NCBI GenBank assembly: GCA_050951805.1
Contig: JBMNJT010000001.1
Span: 1 to 64,000 of the forward strand
Length of the DNA: 64,000 nucleotides
Reading direction: 5' to 3'
Source: Bacillota bacterium
GTDB lineage: Bacteria > Bacillota > DTU025
Below, one piece after another: positions 63,401 through 64,000 of this stretch (its first letter is position 1; each line of letters starts with the position of its first letter). A program made the translations under genes and the position numbers. The notes below the pieces were generated by a model. That model saw only the letters and a list, made by a program, of their open reading frames with translations, was not told where the DNA came from and made no database searches.

Positions 63401-64000
63401 GTCCACATTGGCAGGAGCATACTGCATCTCGAGGTACTGATAGACTATCGTGCCATCGGGATAGAGTATGGCCTCGAAGGTGTATTCGCCTCCGTCGCCG
63501 GACCAAGAATAACGAGGCGCCTTGTTGAACTGCACGATAAATCGGTCGTTTGCTTCATCGTGGTAGTAGTAGGCGCCGGCTCCGGCTGGCCCCTTACTAA
63601 TCTGCAGGTCATCCCAGAAGACTGCCAGCAGATCGTTGGGCAGACCCGTATTGGGTATCGCCTTGTTCGAATAGGTTCCGTACGAGGGGAACGCTCCGAA
63701 GTTGAGCCAGCCATTGGCGTTTACGTTTATCTCGCCCCATGTCTGTCCATAGAACGGGAACTCCCATGGTAGGTCGATAGTCGTCGTCTCATCATCCTTC
63801 AGCGTTGCCAGCTTCGTGCCTATTACGCTGATCTCCACCCAGTCGAACACAGGGCCTCCGGGTTCATCTGAGTCTCGCCACAGATAACCGAATTCGTCAG
63901 GACCACCCGCGCCGAGCGGATCCAACGCCTCATCTACTGTAGGAACTCCGGATGTGTAGGCCTCTGCTGTAAACGTCAGCGCAGCCTCTCCGGTATTCGT
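57443..64000 (-). CDS. Giant PKD/NIDO-like/propeller/CTD protein, copy 3 (5' part, presumably including the S8 domain, lies beyond the window)
   Basis: The frame stays open to the window edge and is collinear with copies 1 and 2 from the second GGPD.FGY.W module to the same C-terminal domain. Confidence 0.88.
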   Translation of the reverse strand, partial: TNTGEAALTFTAEAYTSGVPTVDEALDPLGAGGPDEFGYLWRDSDEPGGPVFDWVEISVIGTKLATLKDDETTTIDLPWEFPFYGQTWGEINVNANGWLNFGAFPSYGTYSNKAIPNTGLPNDLLAVFWDDLQISKGPAGAGAYYYHDEANDRFIVQFNKAPRYSWSGDGGEYTFEAILYPDGTIVYQYLEMQYAPANVDKGTIGIENSDGTDGLGVLHNTMGYMHDELAIRFKPYQWLEVAPEQATLEPGESIDLDVTFDLGMVGSGMLDGAVVLDTNDIRKPRTIVPVHIEVIPNNPPSITACSVNPDIGPITTQFQFVAAARDADGHIADKWWDFGDGSVPVHEFVATHKYSREGKFVATFTAVDNDGYPATQSVTVTVREPASASWNPKQFSFTLGGGQTAEGIMTLSNIGTGTLIFGAEELPNRVQFPKRLVTPDGIKDLNAMTAEGIYEPTAAVESYPWKPEGVGSVITSWPAPSQISLPWGVGVILDTGNLVISDPDVTPTVDHVVTAEGQHTGTSWTANFGGSWAGDMAFDGEYIWQVNVGGDNGIYKLDPETGQVLGSISSLPWAGISQRGLAYNANDDTFYIGGWNEDIIYKIKGESWDNPGAVIEQWTFGVGIAGLAYHPGANVLAVTNNGSPDKIYFVDPDSHAVLLEFAHPGSGGDYTGAGCEFAPCGNLWAASMNDEQMYLIETGFGPISSGWLSWEPDAGSVLAGGLVNITVKVDASELKPGSYEEYVTLFTNDIENPMIIVPVTATVAAPPVITEASAEPVFGEPPLEVAFHAAFTAPEIPVVSYGWDFGDGTTSSELDVTHVYTAAGLYTATFSVTDQMGASDEASFEIEVKWLPRATCEPETIEVTLPPRGSATETVTLGNVEGNAELEFEVKVKGGSAPVVAMPERIGIVLDENARTAEGLYASIAPELVERIAASIEPGAVGDVITSWQVPSQIDLPWGVGFDGNVWITDPLVKKDHLVTPEGVHTGTVFSTPWAGSWPGDMAYDSNRNLMWQVNVGGDNGIYGLDPETGAVVMKITSGPWTDTSQRGLAYDADTDTFYIGGWNEDIIYHIYGPSHGSPGSVIAAYSFPVGISGLAWHPDGILWVTNNGAPDMVFGLDLDALEVVYQFLHPYGGDYAGAGLALDSNGNLWASSQDNRYMYLINTEMPLAVGISVDPERGTVALGETAELEVTIDAEHLGKPGDEIRKYLEIATNDPENTFLYVDLIVHIEAGPTIVEATATPTIGEPPLRVAFDATVEAGATDIVDMWWDFGDGSDPVHEARAEHIYTDLGVYEAVFHVIDENEVEATAELTVTVKWLPVLGVEPEEFDEIVPVGEEEQTVLTVSNTGVAPMNFEIAVAPSFAGSPEWKEYVASGPVKGDYASEPKGYAGAGAGGPDQFGYIWIDSNNAGGPEFDWFEISDVGTRLTLTDESIVDVNLPFAFPFYGDVKTKVRICSNGYLTFGTASSKWTNTPIPDPSDPNDLIAVFWDDLDPGTAGDVYYYHDQEAGRFIVEYQGVAKWLQESVSYTFQAILYPNGTIVFQYLDMVGELTSATVGIENATGTDGLQVVYNAPYIEDGLAIGFAPVGSIIKVNPTSGYLVPGGSQDVILTLGSPDAAYGTYSLYLYVSANDPYRPFAAIPVTLKLNAPPAVAITTPEGEDELHGVTEIEWTATDPDDDADDLLIDLAWTRDGETWHELGRGLANTGSFEWNTIEVGEAGNTFRVRARATDPAGAFHEFVTEEFTIINNAPTADFDFTPSPATRRDKVKFVDKSTDDGRIVAWHWEFGDETTSDAQDPEHQYAQKGEFEITLTVTDNGGLTGTATKTIEVRNAAPIAAFSFTSPARTGEAVKFTNESTDDGEIVTCLWQFGDGSTSDQWSPEHVYSSTGTFAVKLTVIDDDNVASSITHEIEIVNAPPQAAFSFTPASPTVETIVKFTDESIDDGEIVAWHWEFGDGAESSEQSPEHKYAEKGVFTVKLTVTDDGDLAGTAEETIEIINLPPEVEIITPTAGQVLTGEAMIEWEAVDPDDDADKLKITLEYKPASGGDWQAIASEVPNTGKYVWDTSKLERGGKYEIRITAVDPEGASGEAISEEFTVIALTRTVVAAPNPTSDVVTFYYDIAANGTLYVYDIAGRLVHSAELSATAHAHEWNLHSSGKPVANGVYLYVVIAGEERSEVGRLVVSR

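Larger units (their letters stand above)
35668..64000 (-). repeat. Tandem triplication of a ~10-11 kb two-gene cassette (giant protein + PorV-like barrel)
   Basis: Units at 35668-45260, 45807-56007 and 56489->64000, with near-identical nucleotide sequence across each barrel and the adjoining C-terminal domain. Confidence 0.95.

Noticed and set aside
35668-64000. CRISPR array, diversity-generating retroelement or invertase-driven shufflon as explanation for the repeats
   Set aside because: There is no repeat-spacer periodicity, reverse transcriptase or recombinase in the window. The differences are not obviously adenine-restricted and all copies are direct gene-scale paralogs.

Overview
Bacterial window in three blocks. 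(1) Bases 1-30722 are almost all on the minus strand: a partial malic enzyme, three sugar or amino-sugar uptake and catabolism operons (SorC-, GntR- and ROK-regulated), an ADP-ribosylglycohydrolase, and a decayed patch (TPR + pRiA4b ORF-3 pseudogene, IS21 istB remnant). (2) Bases 31240-35604 on the plus strand hold an XRE/cupin regulator and potABCD. (3) Bases 35668 to the window end on the minus strand hold three tandem copies of a two-gene cassette. Each cassette pairs a ~2900-3100 aa secreted multidomain protein (subtilase seen in copies 1 and 2; PKD, NIDO-like and propeller-like modules; T9SS/FlgD-Ig-like C-terminal domain) with its own 292 aa PorV/FadL-like outer-membrane barrel. The C-terminal domain and barrel are almost identical between copies, while the passenger regions diverge and gain or lose modules. 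The gene content looks Firmicutes-like, but the barrels and non-lipoprotein solute-binding proteins point to a diderm envelope. The best candidate for an undescribed system is therefore a T9SS-like 'cargo + cognate PorV-like barrel' export or surface-display module outside Bacteroidota. All family calls come from motif recognition; no database searches were run.
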